In this document: piece after piece, positions 38,963 to 48,404 of the stretch
How positions within the stretch are numbered: the stretch's first letter is position 1
How the letters are laid out: every line of letters begins with the position of its first letter
Origin: Rhodobiaceae bacterium
Lineage (GTDB): Bacteria; Pseudomonadota; Alphaproteobacteria; Rhizobiales; Aestuariivirgaceae
Length of the DNA stretch: 64,000 nucleotides
Assembly (NCBI GenBank): GCA_009885825.1
Contig: VFJY01000046.1
Span: 13,409-77,408 of the forward strand
Direction of reading: 5' to 3'
Program-made: the position numbers and the translations under genes
The notes under the pieces: model-generated
Told to the model about the DNA's origin: nothing
Database searches by the model: none
What the model saw: only the letters and a program-made list of their open reading frames with translations

Positions 38963-39673
38963 CTATTTCGCGGGCTTGGCGTTTTCCGCGCCCGCCGCCA
39001 AGCCCTTCAGCTTGTCCGGCACCAGGCGTTCGGCGAAGCCTGCGGCGAAGCACCAGATCAGGGTCCGGGCATAGTCGGTGGCGTCCTTCGGGCCGAAATT
39101 ATAGATGAAGTTCTCGAAGGTGCCGCACGTGCCGTCGCCCAGTTCGCAGGCATAGGTCGGGAACAAGGCGCCGCCTTCAAGGATTCCGGCGGCGAAGATG
39201 ATGAACAGGATGCTGGCCGAGATAATGCCGACAACGGGCGGCACCAGCGCGTAAACCGTGAGATCCCATTTCTTCAAGCCGGGAAATTCCGGGCTGTTGA
39301 GGAACTTCGCAAACTGCGCGTCCTTGTAAATGCGGATCAGGGAACTCATGAACGCGCCCAGGGCGCCTGCCAAAACGGCGAAGGCATAGAATGGCGGCTG
39401 GCCCGAGCTGGTGGAAGCGTACATGAGGCCCGCGAGCAGGCCTATCAGTATCACAGTCGAGCCGAATGACCAGCGCACCACCTGCGCGTAGGTCGTCATC
39501 GGATTTTTCGCCACAACAGGCGTTTTGACCTTCACAGCCTTTGCCTTCTTGGCTGTTTGCGGCCTGACAAACGCAAATGAAGTTGAACGCGGCGGGGTCC
39601 GCTCCATCGCGCGTGGAACAACAGACGTTGGCGCGTCTATGTCATCATCAGGATTGAAGGGGTCATCGGTCAT
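38963..39673 (-). CDS. Hypothetical membrane protein (about four TM segments)
   Basis: Disordered N-terminus, then AGALGAFMSSL...FAAGFAERLVPD hydrophobic segments. Confidence 0.75.
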   Translation of the reverse strand: MTDDPFNPDDDIDAPTSVVPRAMERTPPRSTSFAFVRPQTAKKAKAVKVKTPVVAKNPMTTYAQVVRWSFGSTVILIGLLAGLMYASTSSGQPPFYAFAVLAGALGAFMSSLIRIYKDAQFAKFLNSPEFPGLKKWDLTVYALVPPVVGIISASILFIIFAAGILEGGALFPTYACELGDGTCGTFENFIYNFGPKDATDYARTLIWCFAAGFAERLVPDKLKGLAAGAENAKPAK

Positions 39674-39795
39674 GCGCGGCCTCACGTTGAAAAAAGTTGC
39701 GATAGTTTCACCCCGTGTCGCCGCGACTGAGGTGAGTCGGCCAAAACTATCGGCCTATGCCGCAACATGCAAGAAAATTCACCTGAGCAAATGTG

Positions 39796-41319
39796 TCAGA
39801 AATCTGTCGGCTCGCCGCCCTGCTCCACGCGCCTGGCGACAAAGGCATCAATGGATTCGAGTCGCGACGGTTCGAGATACGGCGTTTCATATTCGGCCAG
39901 CGCCTGCTTCCACAGCGCGTTGGCTTTCTGGTGCGCCTGTGGCGAGCCAGCGGCTTCCCATTGCGGAAAATTTCGCCAGTCAGAAATCAGCGGCGTGTAA
40001 AAAGCGGTGGAATATCTTTCCATGGTTTGCCGCGCGCCGAAGAAATGCCCGCCGGGGCCAACTTCCATTATGGCGTCAAAGCCCATCGTGTCTTTTGAAA
40101 CCTCAAGCGGCTTCAAAAATTCCGTCACCATCTGCAGCAGATCGATATCGAGCGCGAATTTTTCGTAAGACGCCACGAGCCCGCCTTCCATCCAGCCCGC
40201 GGCATGCTGAATGATGTTGCCGCCGCCCATGATGGCGCCCCACAGCGAGAATACGGATTCATAAGCGGCCTGCGCATCGACGCTGTTGGCGGCGTTGGTG
40301 TTGCTGGTGCGATAGGGAAGCTTGTAGCGCCTCGCCAATTGGCCACCAATGATGCAGGCCTTCATGTATTCCGGCGTTCCAAATGCCGGCGCTCCGGATT
40401 TCATGTCGACGTTCGACGTGAAGCCGCCGTAAACAAAAGGGGCGCCTGGATTGGCGAGCTGCGAGAGTGAAAGGCCCGCCAGCGCTTCGGCATTCTGCTC
40501 AACCACAGCGCCCGCCAGCGTTATCGGGGCCATGGCGCCAGCGAGTGTGAAGGGTGTGACCACGCAGATCTGGTTCATCCGGGCCATTTCAATGATGCCC
40601 ATGGCCATGGGGCCATCAAGCTTCAGCGGCGAATTGGTGTTGATCACCGTGTAGGTCGATGGTTCGGTCAGAAGTTGTTCCTGCGAAATGCCGCGCGCCA
40701 GACGGACAATCTCAATGGCGTCAAACAGCCGGTGACGGCCGGTGGACGAAGCGAACGGCACCTTGTCGGAATAGACCATCTTGTTGCGCGTGATGTGGAG
40801 ATGGCGGATTGAAGCATGCACATCGAGCGCATCCACGGAAGCGCCACCCGCCGTGTGAACCGTGTTGAAAAACTGCGACAGCTTCACAAAATTCCCGCAG
40901 TCCTCCAGCGTGCCGGGCCTGCGGCCCCTGTCAAGATCAGAGCAATTGGGCGGCCCGCCCACCGGCGCAAAGGCAATCCATTTGCCGCCAATGCGAATGT
41001 CACGCGCGGGGTTTCTGGCGTGAAAAGTGAATTCGGATGGCGGCGTTTTCAGCGCCTGCTCCACAATCTCGCGGCCAATGCGAACCCGGTCGCCCTTCAC
41101 GCTTGCTCCGGCCCGGCCCAGAATTTCCCGCGCTTCCGGATAGGTCATATCCATGCCAATTTCTTCCAGCACGCGCAGAGACTCGAGATGGATGGATTCG
41201 AGATGATCGCCTGACAAAACGCGCGAAGGTTCAAGGGTAAGTTGCGGCTGTCCCCATGGCAATTGGTTGATCGGCTGCTTGGCGCTTTCCATCCGGCGTC
41301 CACGCCGCTGGGTGTTCAT
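39796..41319 (-). CDS. MttB (trimethylamine methyltransferase) superfamily, non-pyrrolysine, paralog 1
   Basis: NTNSPLKLD, TPFTLAGAMAP, FTSNVDMKSGAPAFGTPEY, HAAGWMEGGL; no in-frame TAG. Confidence 0.93.
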   Translation of the reverse strand: MNTQRRGRRMESAKQPINQLPWGQPQLTLEPSRVLSGDHLESIHLESLRVLEEIGMDMTYPEAREILGRAGASVKGDRVRIGREIVEQALKTPPSEFTFHARNPARDIRIGGKWIAFAPVGGPPNCSDLDRGRRPGTLEDCGNFVKLSQFFNTVHTAGGASVDALDVHASIRHLHITRNKMVYSDKVPFASSTGRHRLFDAIEIVRLARGISQEQLLTEPSTYTVINTNSPLKLDGPMAMGIIEMARMNQICVVTPFTLAGAMAPITLAGAVVEQNAEALAGLSLSQLANPGAPFVYGGFTSNVDMKSGAPAFGTPEYMKACIIGGQLARRYKLPYRTSNTNAANSVDAQAAYESVFSLWGAIMGGGNIIQHAAGWMEGGLVASYEKFALDIDLLQMVTEFLKPLEVSKDTMGFDAIMEVGPGGHFFGARQTMERYSTAFYTPLISDWRNFPQWEAAGSPQAHQKANALWKQALAEYETPYLEPSRLESIDAFVARRVEQGGEPTDF

Positions 41320-41321
41320 GG

Positions 41322-42347
41322 CTAAACCGGAAACGGGTTGCGTTCCGCAAAACCCTCCTGATGCCAATAGGGGTAAGCCTTCGTGGTGGCGCTGGCGGCA
41401 TTGAGTTTCGCCATCTGTTCCTTCGTCAAGCTCCAGCCAACGCTGCCGAGATTTTGCTTGAGCTGTTCTTCATTGCGGGCGCCAATGATGACCGTCGACA
41501 CCGTGGGCCGATGAAGAAGCCAGTTGATGGCAATTTGCGGAACGGATTTGCCCGTCTCCTTGGCAATCTCATCGATCGCGTCCATGACACGGAACAGGTG
41601 CTCCTCGGCAACCGGCGGGCCATCATCAGCGGTCACATGCAGCCGGCTTGTCGCTGGCAGCCCCGTTCCGCGCCGGATTTTGCCCGTGAGCCTGCCCCAG
41701 CCCAGAGGACTCCAGACCACCGCACCCACACCTTGATCAAGGCCGAGCGGCATCAGCTCCCATTCATAGGAACGGCCCACCAGCGAGTAATAGGCCTGGT
41801 GCGCAACATGGCGGGTGAGGCCAAGTTTTTCCGATGTGGCCAGAGATTTCATCAAATGCCAGCCTGAGAAGTTGGAGCAGCCGGTGTAGCGGATTTTTCC
41901 GGCGCGGACGAAATCATCAAGGCAGCCCAGCACTTCTTCCTGCGGCGTCATGGCGTCAAAGCCATGCAGCTGGAACAGATCGATATAATCCGTGCCCAGA
42001 CGTTTCAGCGCGGCATCGACGGCTTGCGTCAGATGGGCGCGCGAGGAACCCACGTCATTGGGCCGGTCGCTGAAACGGAAGGTCGCTTTGGTGGAAATGA
42101 TCACCTTATTGCGGCGGCCCTTGATGGCCGCGCCCAAAGCCTCTTCGGCCAAGCCTTTGGAATAGACATCGGCGCTGTCAAACATGGAAATGCCGGCATC
42201 GAGGCACACGTCAATCAGCCGCGTCGCGCCCTTGGCATCGGTCGAGCCCCAGGCTTTGAAGAAGTCCGTGCCGCCACCAAAAGTCGCGGTGCCAAAACTC
42301 AAGGCAGGAACCATAAATCCTGATCCGCCGAGTTGACGATACTCCAT
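41322..42347 (-). CDS. Aldo/keto reductase
   Basis: FDSADVYS, STK, DYIDLFQLH, WSPLGWG, GARNEEQL. Confidence 0.93.
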   Translation of the reverse strand: MEYRQLGGSGFMVPALSFGTATFGGGTDFFKAWGSTDAKGATRLIDVCLDAGISMFDSADVYSKGLAEEALGAAIKGRRNKVIISTKATFRFSDRPNDVGSSRAHLTQAVDAALKRLGTDYIDLFQLHGFDAMTPQEEVLGCLDDFVRAGKIRYTGCSNFSGWHLMKSLATSEKLGLTRHVAHQAYYSLVGRSYEWELMPLGLDQGVGAVVWSPLGWGRLTGKIRRGTGLPATSRLHVTADDGPPVAEEHLFRVMDAIDEIAKETGKSVPQIAINWLLHRPTVSTVIIGARNEEQLKQNLGSVGWSLTKEQMAKLNAASATTKAYPYWHQEGFAERNPFPV

Positions 42348-42351
42348 TGTT

Positions 42352-43272
42352 TCACTCCTCTGACTTGGTGAAGGCTACCGCAATTTCGGCGGCAACGACG
42401 GCGTTATTTTTGACCAGCGCGATATTGGCCTTGAGGGAGCGCCCGCCGGTGGCCTCAGCCAGCTTGGCCAGCAGGAATGGCGTTACGCTCTTTCCCGAAA
42501 TGCCGAGGCTTTTGGCTTCGGCGACCGCCTTTTCAATCACGGGCGCAATTTCGGAGGCAATGATTTCGTTTGCCTCGGGGATGGGATTTGCGACCACAAT
42601 ACCGCCCTTCAACCCCATGCCCCATTTCGCGCGGGCGAGATTTGCAACTTCGCTCGCACTGTCGCAACGCATGGGAACCTCGAGGCCGGATTGCCGTGAA
42701 TAGAAGGCCGGGAAATCATCCGTGCCAAAACCCACCACCGGAACACCCAGCGTTTCCAGCGTTTCAAGTGTCAGCGCCAAATCCAGAATGGCCTTCGCCC
42801 CCGCGGTCACTACAATCACATCGCTTTCGGCGAATTCAGTCAGATCGGCGGAGATATCGAAGCTGCGATCAGCTCCCCGGTGCGCGCCGCCAATGCCGCC
42901 AGTTGCGAAAACCTGAATGCCCGCCATCGCCGCAATGCGCATGGTGGAGGCGACTGTGGTGGCGCCATCCAGCTTTCGCGCGACCACGTGTGGCAAGTCG
43001 CGAGTTGATACCTTGGCGATATCTGAGCCTGCGATCGCAAAATTCTTGAGTTCCTCCGCTGTCAGTCCGACGCGCAATGCGCCACCCACAATTGCGACAG
43101 TTGCCGGAACAGCGCCGACATTGCGAATGATAGCCTCCACTTCAACCGCCATTTCAAAATTGGCGGGATATGGCATGCCGTGGGCGATAATGGTTGACTC
43201 CAGCGCCACCACCGGCCTTCCGGCGGCGATTGCCGAAGAGACTTCTTCGGTGATCTTCAAATGCCTATTCAT
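42352..43272 (-). CDS. psuG: Pseudouridine-5'-phosphate glycosidase
   Basis: VVALESTIIAHGMPYP, KVSTRD, ATTVASTM, TGGIGG.HRG, DISADL, KAILD, TPFLL; ATG 43272. Confidence 0.95.
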   Translation of the reverse strand: MNRHLKITEEVSSAIAAGRPVVALESTIIAHGMPYPANFEMAVEVEAIIRNVGAVPATVAIVGGALRVGLTAEELKNFAIAGSDIAKVSTRDLPHVVARKLDGATTVASTMRIAAMAGIQVFATGGIGGAHRGADRSFDISADLTEFAESDVIVVTAGAKAILDLALTLETLETLGVPVVGFGTDDFPAFYSRQSGLEVPMRCDSASEVANLARAKWGMGLKGGIVVANPIPEANEIIASEIAPVIEKAVAEAKSLGISGKSVTPFLLAKLAEATGGRSLKANIALVKNNAVVAAEIAVAFTKSEE

Positions 43273-44149
43273 GCCGCGCTTCCACAATTGCCAGCAATCT
43301 TGACTCACTTAGCCCCACAGCCGTTGACGAAATCGAGGCGACAGCTAAGCTCGCCGCAGCCTGGCCAAACCGCGCGGCGTCAAATAATTCATAGCCTTTG
43401 AATAGCCCATAAACCAAACCGGCAACAGCGGCATCGCCTGCTCCGGTTACGTCCCTGACATGCGATGCGGCAAGGCTGGGAACCTGCTGTTTGATTCTCG
43501 CGGTTGAGGCGCGCGAGCCTTCCTTGCCCAAGTGGATCACCAGATTATGCAACCCGCGCCCGTGCAAATCGCTGCCCAATGCCGCGAGCTGATCGCGGTT
43601 GGGCGTGGCGAGATAGATTTCGTGTTTCTCAAGCACGGCCTTCAACTTCTGGGATTTAGTGACTGAGACAGGTTCAACAATCAGTTTCCCGCCACAATGC
43701 AGCGCCAGCCACTCCAACACCTCAATCGAAACATTGCAATCAACAACAATGTATTTCGCGGCCGCAAGATTGGCTTTATGCTTGTCCAAATGATCGGGCT
43801 TCAAGCGTTCCAGAATGCGCATGTCATTTACGGCGGAGATGAGCTCTCCAGCCTCATCGAGCACGGCGACATAGGCTCCTGTTGCCGCGTCGCTTCGCAA
43901 GGCCATGGAGAGGTCAACGCCTGCATCGCCAGTTGCCTTGAACGCAATTTCGCCCGGCGCATCATTGCCAATCACTGAAATAAGCGCCGTGTTCACACCC
44001 AGCATTGCAAGATTATGCGCAATGTTGCGGGCCACGCCACCCGGCGTGAACGTAACCTCGCACGGATTTGAAGTGGCAGGCAAAAACGGTCCAATAGCCT
44101 TGGCCTTGATATCAATGTTCATGCCGCCAATAACAACTATGTCAAACAC
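43265..44149 (-). CDS. psuK: PfkB-family carbohydrate kinase, probable pseudouridine kinase
   Basis: GGMNIDI, PGGVARNIAHNL, DVTGAGDA; overlaps psuG. Confidence 0.85.
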   Translation of the reverse strand: MFDIVVIGGMNIDIKAKAIGPFLPATSNPCEVTFTPGGVARNIAHNLAMLGVNTALISVIGNDAPGEIAFKATGDAGVDLSMALRSDAATGAYVAVLDEAGELISAVNDMRILERLKPDHLDKHKANLAAAKYIVVDCNVSIEVLEWLALHCGGKLIVEPVSVTKSQKLKAVLEKHEIYLATPNRDQLAALGSDLHGRGLHNLVIHLGKEGSRASTARIKQQVPSLAASHVRDVTGAGDAAVAGLVYGLFKGYELFDAARFGQAAASLAVASISSTAVGLSESRLLAIVEARHE

Positions 44150-44157
44150 GAGTGCCC

Positions 44158-45726
44158 TCAGAAATCCGTTGGCGCGCCGCCTTCACGTTTGCGCTTTTCC
44201 ACGAATGCATCAAGCTCTTCGCGGATTGCCGGGTCAAGGATTGGTTCAACATATTCAGCCAGGGCCTGCTTGTAGACCGCGTTTGTCCGCTGCGCCGCCT
44301 CGGGTTTTCCGGCGGCTTCCCACTGCTGGTTGTTGCGCCAGTCAGATATAATTGGCGAGTAGAACGCGGTGGAATAGCGGGCGAGCGTATGCTGAGCCCC
44401 GAAGAAATGTCCGCCGGGTCCAACTTCACGGATAGCATCAACACCCAGCGCGTCTTCGCTGGTATCAAGCGGTTGCAGAAATTCCGAAACCATCTGGATG
44501 AGATCGCAATCGAGCACGAATTTTTCGAAGCTGGCGACTAGGCCACCCTCCAGCCAGCCCGCGCCGTGCATGATAAAGTTACCCCCTCCCATGGTGAGAC
44601 CCCACATGGAGAAAACACTTTCATAGGCGGCCTGGGCATCAACGGTATTGGCAGCGCACGTGTTCGATGTGCGGTAAGGCAAATTGTAGCGCCGCGCCAT
44701 TTGCCCGCCAACGATGCAGGCCTTCATGTATTCCGGTGTGCCGAAGGCGGGGGCGCCCGACTTCATGTCGACGTTTGAAGTGAACCCGCCATAGATTACA
44801 GGCGCGCCTTTGCGGACAACTTGGGTGAATGCCAGGCCGGCGAGAGCTTCGGCGTTTTGCTCGACGATGGCTCCGGCGACAGTCACCGGCGCCATGGCGC
44901 CAGCCAGCGTGAACGGCGTGATGCAAACGATCTGGTTGCGGGACGACATTTCGATGATGCCGCGCAGCATCGGCAGATCCAGTTTCAGCGGAGAATTTGT
45001 GTTCACAATCGTGAACAGAGAAGGCTCGCGCTCCAATTGCTCCAGCGAAATGCCACGCCCAATCCTCGCGATCTCAATGCCGTCGAGAATTCTTTCGCTG
45101 CCGAGCGAGTAAGCGTGGAATGGCTTGTCTGTAAGCACGACCATATCGCGCAACGCTTCAAGATGCCGGACAGAAGCATGAATATCAACCGGCTCAACCG
45201 GATACCCGGCGATGAAGCCAATGCAATTGAAATATTGCGCGAGCTTCAGGAACTTGCGGTAATCGGCCTGGTTCCCCGTGCGGCGGCCGCCTTCGAGATC
45301 GGAACAATTGGGCGGGCTTCCAACTGTGCCAAACAGCATGTTGGGGCCGCCGATGACCGCATTGTTCTCGGCGTTGCGGGCATGGAACGTGAATTTCGGC
45401 GGAGCCGATTTCATCAGCTTCTCGATCATTGCCGGATCGAAGCGCACCCGCTCGCCGGAAATATTCGCGCCCGCCTTCCTGAGCATGTCACGGGCTTCCG
45501 GAAGCGCGAAATCCATGCCGATTTCAGAAAGCACTCTCAACGAGGCATGGTGGATGGCTTCAACCTCATCGGCGGAGATGATTTCCATTGGCGGAAAGGC
45601 GCGTGCTGTGTTGCGGCGCGGCAACTGTGGAATTGCGCCCTTGACGCCAGCGCCTGCACCCCGGCGATTTGCCGCCTCCCGCCGCCCCCGGCGGGAATTT
45701 TCCGGACTGAGAGCTTCTTCGCTCAT
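44158..45726 (-). CDS. MttB superfamily methyltransferase, non-pyrrolysine, paralog 2
   Basis: Same motifs as paralog 1 (NTNSPLKLD, HGAGWLEGGL); Arg-rich N-terminus. Confidence 0.93.
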   Translation of the reverse strand: MSEEALSPENSRRGRREAANRRGAGAGVKGAIPQLPRRNTARAFPPMEIISADEVEAIHHASLRVLSEIGMDFALPEARDMLRKAGANISGERVRFDPAMIEKLMKSAPPKFTFHARNAENNAVIGGPNMLFGTVGSPPNCSDLEGGRRTGNQADYRKFLKLAQYFNCIGFIAGYPVEPVDIHASVRHLEALRDMVVLTDKPFHAYSLGSERILDGIEIARIGRGISLEQLEREPSLFTIVNTNSPLKLDLPMLRGIIEMSSRNQIVCITPFTLAGAMAPVTVAGAIVEQNAEALAGLAFTQVVRKGAPVIYGGFTSNVDMKSGAPAFGTPEYMKACIVGGQMARRYNLPYRTSNTCAANTVDAQAAYESVFSMWGLTMGGGNFIMHGAGWLEGGLVASFEKFVLDCDLIQMVSEFLQPLDTSEDALGVDAIREVGPGGHFFGAQHTLARYSTAFYSPIISDWRNNQQWEAAGKPEAAQRTNAVYKQALAEYVEPILDPAIREELDAFVEKRKREGGAPTDF

Positions 45727-46655
45727 TTTGCTTTTCCTTTTTCACGATAGGCCTCAAGAGCAGGGTCGCTGGCCACCTGCTTCACCAGCCAATCCTCGAA
45801 GCGCTTGATTTTGGGTTTCATGCGGTCTTCGCCATTGCAGGCAAATTGCCACTGGTGGCGATGGGGCACAAAATCCGGGAATGGCTGAACCAGGCGACCC
45901 GACTTCAGCTCCTCCGTGGCAAAGGGACCAACGGTCATGGCAACCCCCCTGCCCTCAATGGCTGCTTCCTGCGCCAGAATATGACTGTCAAACGCCAGGC
46001 GATCCGAAAGCTTTACGCCCTTGACACCATGGGCCTCAAACCAGATTTGCCAGTCTTCTTCCGCCGTATAAACGTAAAGCAGCTTGTGCTTTGTCAAATC
46101 CTGAGGCGTCTTGATGGCGTTTGGGCCCCTGATCAATTCAGGTGAGCACACGGGTGCGAGAAGCGAACGAAACAAAGGGCGGTAATAGTGTTGGGGCGAC
46201 CTGTTGCGCGCAAGTATGAAGCCTGCATCCACGTTTTTCTCGTCAAAATCCCAATCGAAGTAGGACGTGGACATGCGGATTTTCATGTCGGGGTAGCGCC
46301 GCTCGAAATCATGCAATCGCGGAATAAGCCATTTCAGAGCTACGGTGACATAGACCTGAATGATGAGTTCATTGTCATTTGCCGTTGGGCGAAGGGCGCG
46401 GGTTTGTGATTCAATCTGGTCAAAGGCATCGCGAATGGCGGGGTAATAGACATGACCAATCTGGGTGAGTTCGGCGCGTCTCGCATCCCTGCGAAAAAAT
46501 TGAACACCCAGCCGCTGTTCCAATGCCTTGACCTGATGGCTTACAGCCGAGCGCGTGATTCCAAGCTCAGTTGAAGCAAGGCGGAAACTGCCAAGGCGCG
46601 CCGCGGCCTCAAAAGCCGTCAAAGCGCGGAGCGGGGGCAATTCACGTTTAGGCAA
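45723..46655 (-). CDS. LysR-family regulator, GcvA-like
   Basis: LPPLRALTAFEAAARLGSF...SAVSHQVKALE; WLIPRL; TTG start. Confidence 0.92.
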   Translation of the reverse strand: MPKRELPPLRALTAFEAAARLGSFRLASTELGITRSAVSHQVKALEQRLGVQFFRRDARRAELTQIGHVYYPAIRDAFDQIESQTRALRPTANDNELIIQVYVTVALKWLIPRLHDFERRYPDMKIRMSTSYFDWDFDEKNVDAGFILARNRSPQHYYRPLFRSLLAPVCSPELIRGPNAIKTPQDLTKHKLLYVYTAEEDWQIWFEAHGVKGVKLSDRLAFDSHILAQEAAIEGRGVAMTVGPFATEELKSGRLVQPFPDFVPHRHQWQFACNGEDRMKPKIKRFEDWLVKQVASDPALEAYREKGKAK

Positions 46656-46731
46656 AATTCTTCACCACTGGGATGTTTCCAACCCTCATAGCATCCCACA
46701 AATGAGGACGTTAAGCGAAATTCCATATTTT

Positions 46732-46752
46732 ATGGTGAATCAAATTCACCAT
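46732..46752. promoter_or_regulatory. Inverted repeat ATGGTGAAT-CAA-ATTCACCAT, LysR-type operator
   Basis: Perfect 9-3-9 dyad containing T-N11-A, between the divergent LysR and mttB3 genes. Confidence 0.7.
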
Positions 46753-46823
46753 CAAAGCAATTTTTATGCCTTTGCAACGCAACTGCGGATTGGCACATAA
46801 TAGGGTGAACCTGGAGCCATGAA

Positions 46824-48404
46824 ATGAGCGTAGTCGAAGACCTTTCCAAGCGGCGCGGCGGGCGCGACGCCAGGCGCGCTTTGCGGGCCCGCGCTATCCC
46901 CATGAGTGAGGCGGCGGTTCGCCCCGGCATGGAAGGAGGACAATACAAGCCCCTTTCCCAGCATGACTTGGAGCGCATTCACCAGGCAGCCCTGACGCTT
47001 TTAGAAACAGTCGGCTTTGCCCAGGCCATTCCAAGTTGCGTCGAAGCCATGACAGCGCGCGGCTGCACCATGACCGACAAGGGCCGCATGCTCATCCCAA
47101 GATCGCTCACCGAAGACATCCTGGCATCCTGCGCCCGAAACTTCCTGCTGCACGGGCGCGATCCGCAGCATGATATGCTGCCCAGCGGAAACAAGGTCTA
47201 TTTCGGCACGGCGGGAGCCGCCGTGCACGTGGTTGAACCTGAAACACGCACCTACCGCGAGTCGTTGCTGGTTGATCTCTATGACGCGGGCCGGATTGTT
47301 GACACGTGCGAACATATTCATTTCTTCCAGCGCTGTCTCACGGCGCGCGACATGATCACGGGCCACGATCTGGACATCAACACACTCTACGCCTGTTTGG
47401 CGTCAACCCAAAAACACGTGGGAACGTCGATGGTGGACCCGACCCATGTGGATGAATGCCTGCAGATGCTGCATTTCGTGGCAGGCAGTGAAGAGAAATG
47501 GCGCGAGCGCCCGTTTGTTTCGCAATCCAATTGCTTTGTTGTGCCACCGATGAAATTCGCCGAGGACGCCTGCCGTTGCCTGGAAGTCGCAGCGCGTGGC
47601 GGCATGCCGGTACTGTTGCTATCGGCCGCCCAGGCTGGGGCCACATCGCCCGCCGCCCTTGCCGGAACCTTGGTTCAGGCAGTCTCCGAATGCCTGTTTG
47701 GATTGGTCTACATTAATTGCATCGTGCCAGGTGCTGTTGCCATCTGGGGGCCGTGGCCGTTTGTTTCCGATCTCCGCACGGGGGCCATGTCCGGCGGTTC
47801 CGGCGAGCAGGCGCTCATCACCTCGGGCTGCGCGCAGATGGGGCATTTCTATAATCTCACGGTTGGATCAGCCGCAGGCATGTGCGATTCCAAAATGCCG
47901 GACATGCAGGCTGGGTATGAAAAAGGGGTGACAGCTGGCATCTCGGCCATGACGGGTGTCAACCTGCTCTATGAAAGCGCTGGCATGCACGCCTCGCTTC
48001 TCGGTTTCTGCCTCGAAAGCTTGCTGATCGACAACGACATGCTGGGGTCCATCAATCGCAACGTGCGCGGCATTGAAGTGAACGAGGACACTTTGTCGGT
48101 TGAGGTTATCCGCGAGGTCTGCCTCAATGGCCCTGGCCACTTCCTTGGCAGCAACCAAACGCTGAACCTGATGCAAAAGGAATATGTTTATCCGGCGATC
48201 GCCAATCGCATGAGCCCCAAGGAATGGAACGAGGCTGGCAAGCCCGATCTGGTGGAACGGGCGGCCGCTCGCAAGCATGAAATCCTGTCAACCTATTATC
48301 CGGACTATCTGCCGCGCCAAATGGATGACGTGATTCGGGCGAAGCACGACATCAAGCTGCCGCGTGAGGTTATGGAGATCGGCGACCCGCGCTGGATGAA
48401 GTAA
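46824..48404 (+). CDS. MttB superfamily methyltransferase, non-pyrrolysine, divergent paralog 3
   Basis: YFGTAG, GPWPFVSDLRTG, DSKMPDMQAGYEK, GPGHFLG. Confidence 0.93.
   Translation: MSVVEDLSKRRGGRDARRALRARAIPMSEAAVRPGMEGGQYKPLSQHDLERIHQAALTLLETVGFAQAIPSCVEAMTARGCTMTDKGRMLIPRSLTEDILASCARNFLLHGRDPQHDMLPSGNKVYFGTAGAAVHVVEPETRTYRESLLVDLYDAGRIVDTCEHIHFFQRCLTARDMITGHDLDINTLYACLASTQKHVGTSMVDPTHVDECLQMLHFVAGSEEKWRERPFVSQSNCFVVPPMKFAEDACRCLEVAARGGMPVLLLSAAQAGATSPAALAGTLVQAVSECLFGLVYINCIVPGAVAIWGPWPFVSDLRTGAMSGGSGEQALITSGCAQMGHFYNLTVGSAAGMCDSKMPDMQAGYEKGVTAGISAMTGVNLLYESAGMHASLLGFCLESLLIDNDMLGSINRNVRGIEVNEDTLSVEVIREVCLNGPGHFLGSNQTLNLMQKEYVYPAIANRMSPKEWNEAGKPDLVERAAARKHEILSTYYPDYLPRQMDDVIRAKHDIKLPREVMEIGDPRWMK

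Noticed and set aside
44821-45750. 309-aa plus-strand ORF
   Set aside because: Antisense shadow of mttB paralog 2.
39796-48404. Pyrrolysine (amber) recoding in the MttB genes
   Set aside because: All three frames are open with no internal TAG, and no pyl genes are in the window.
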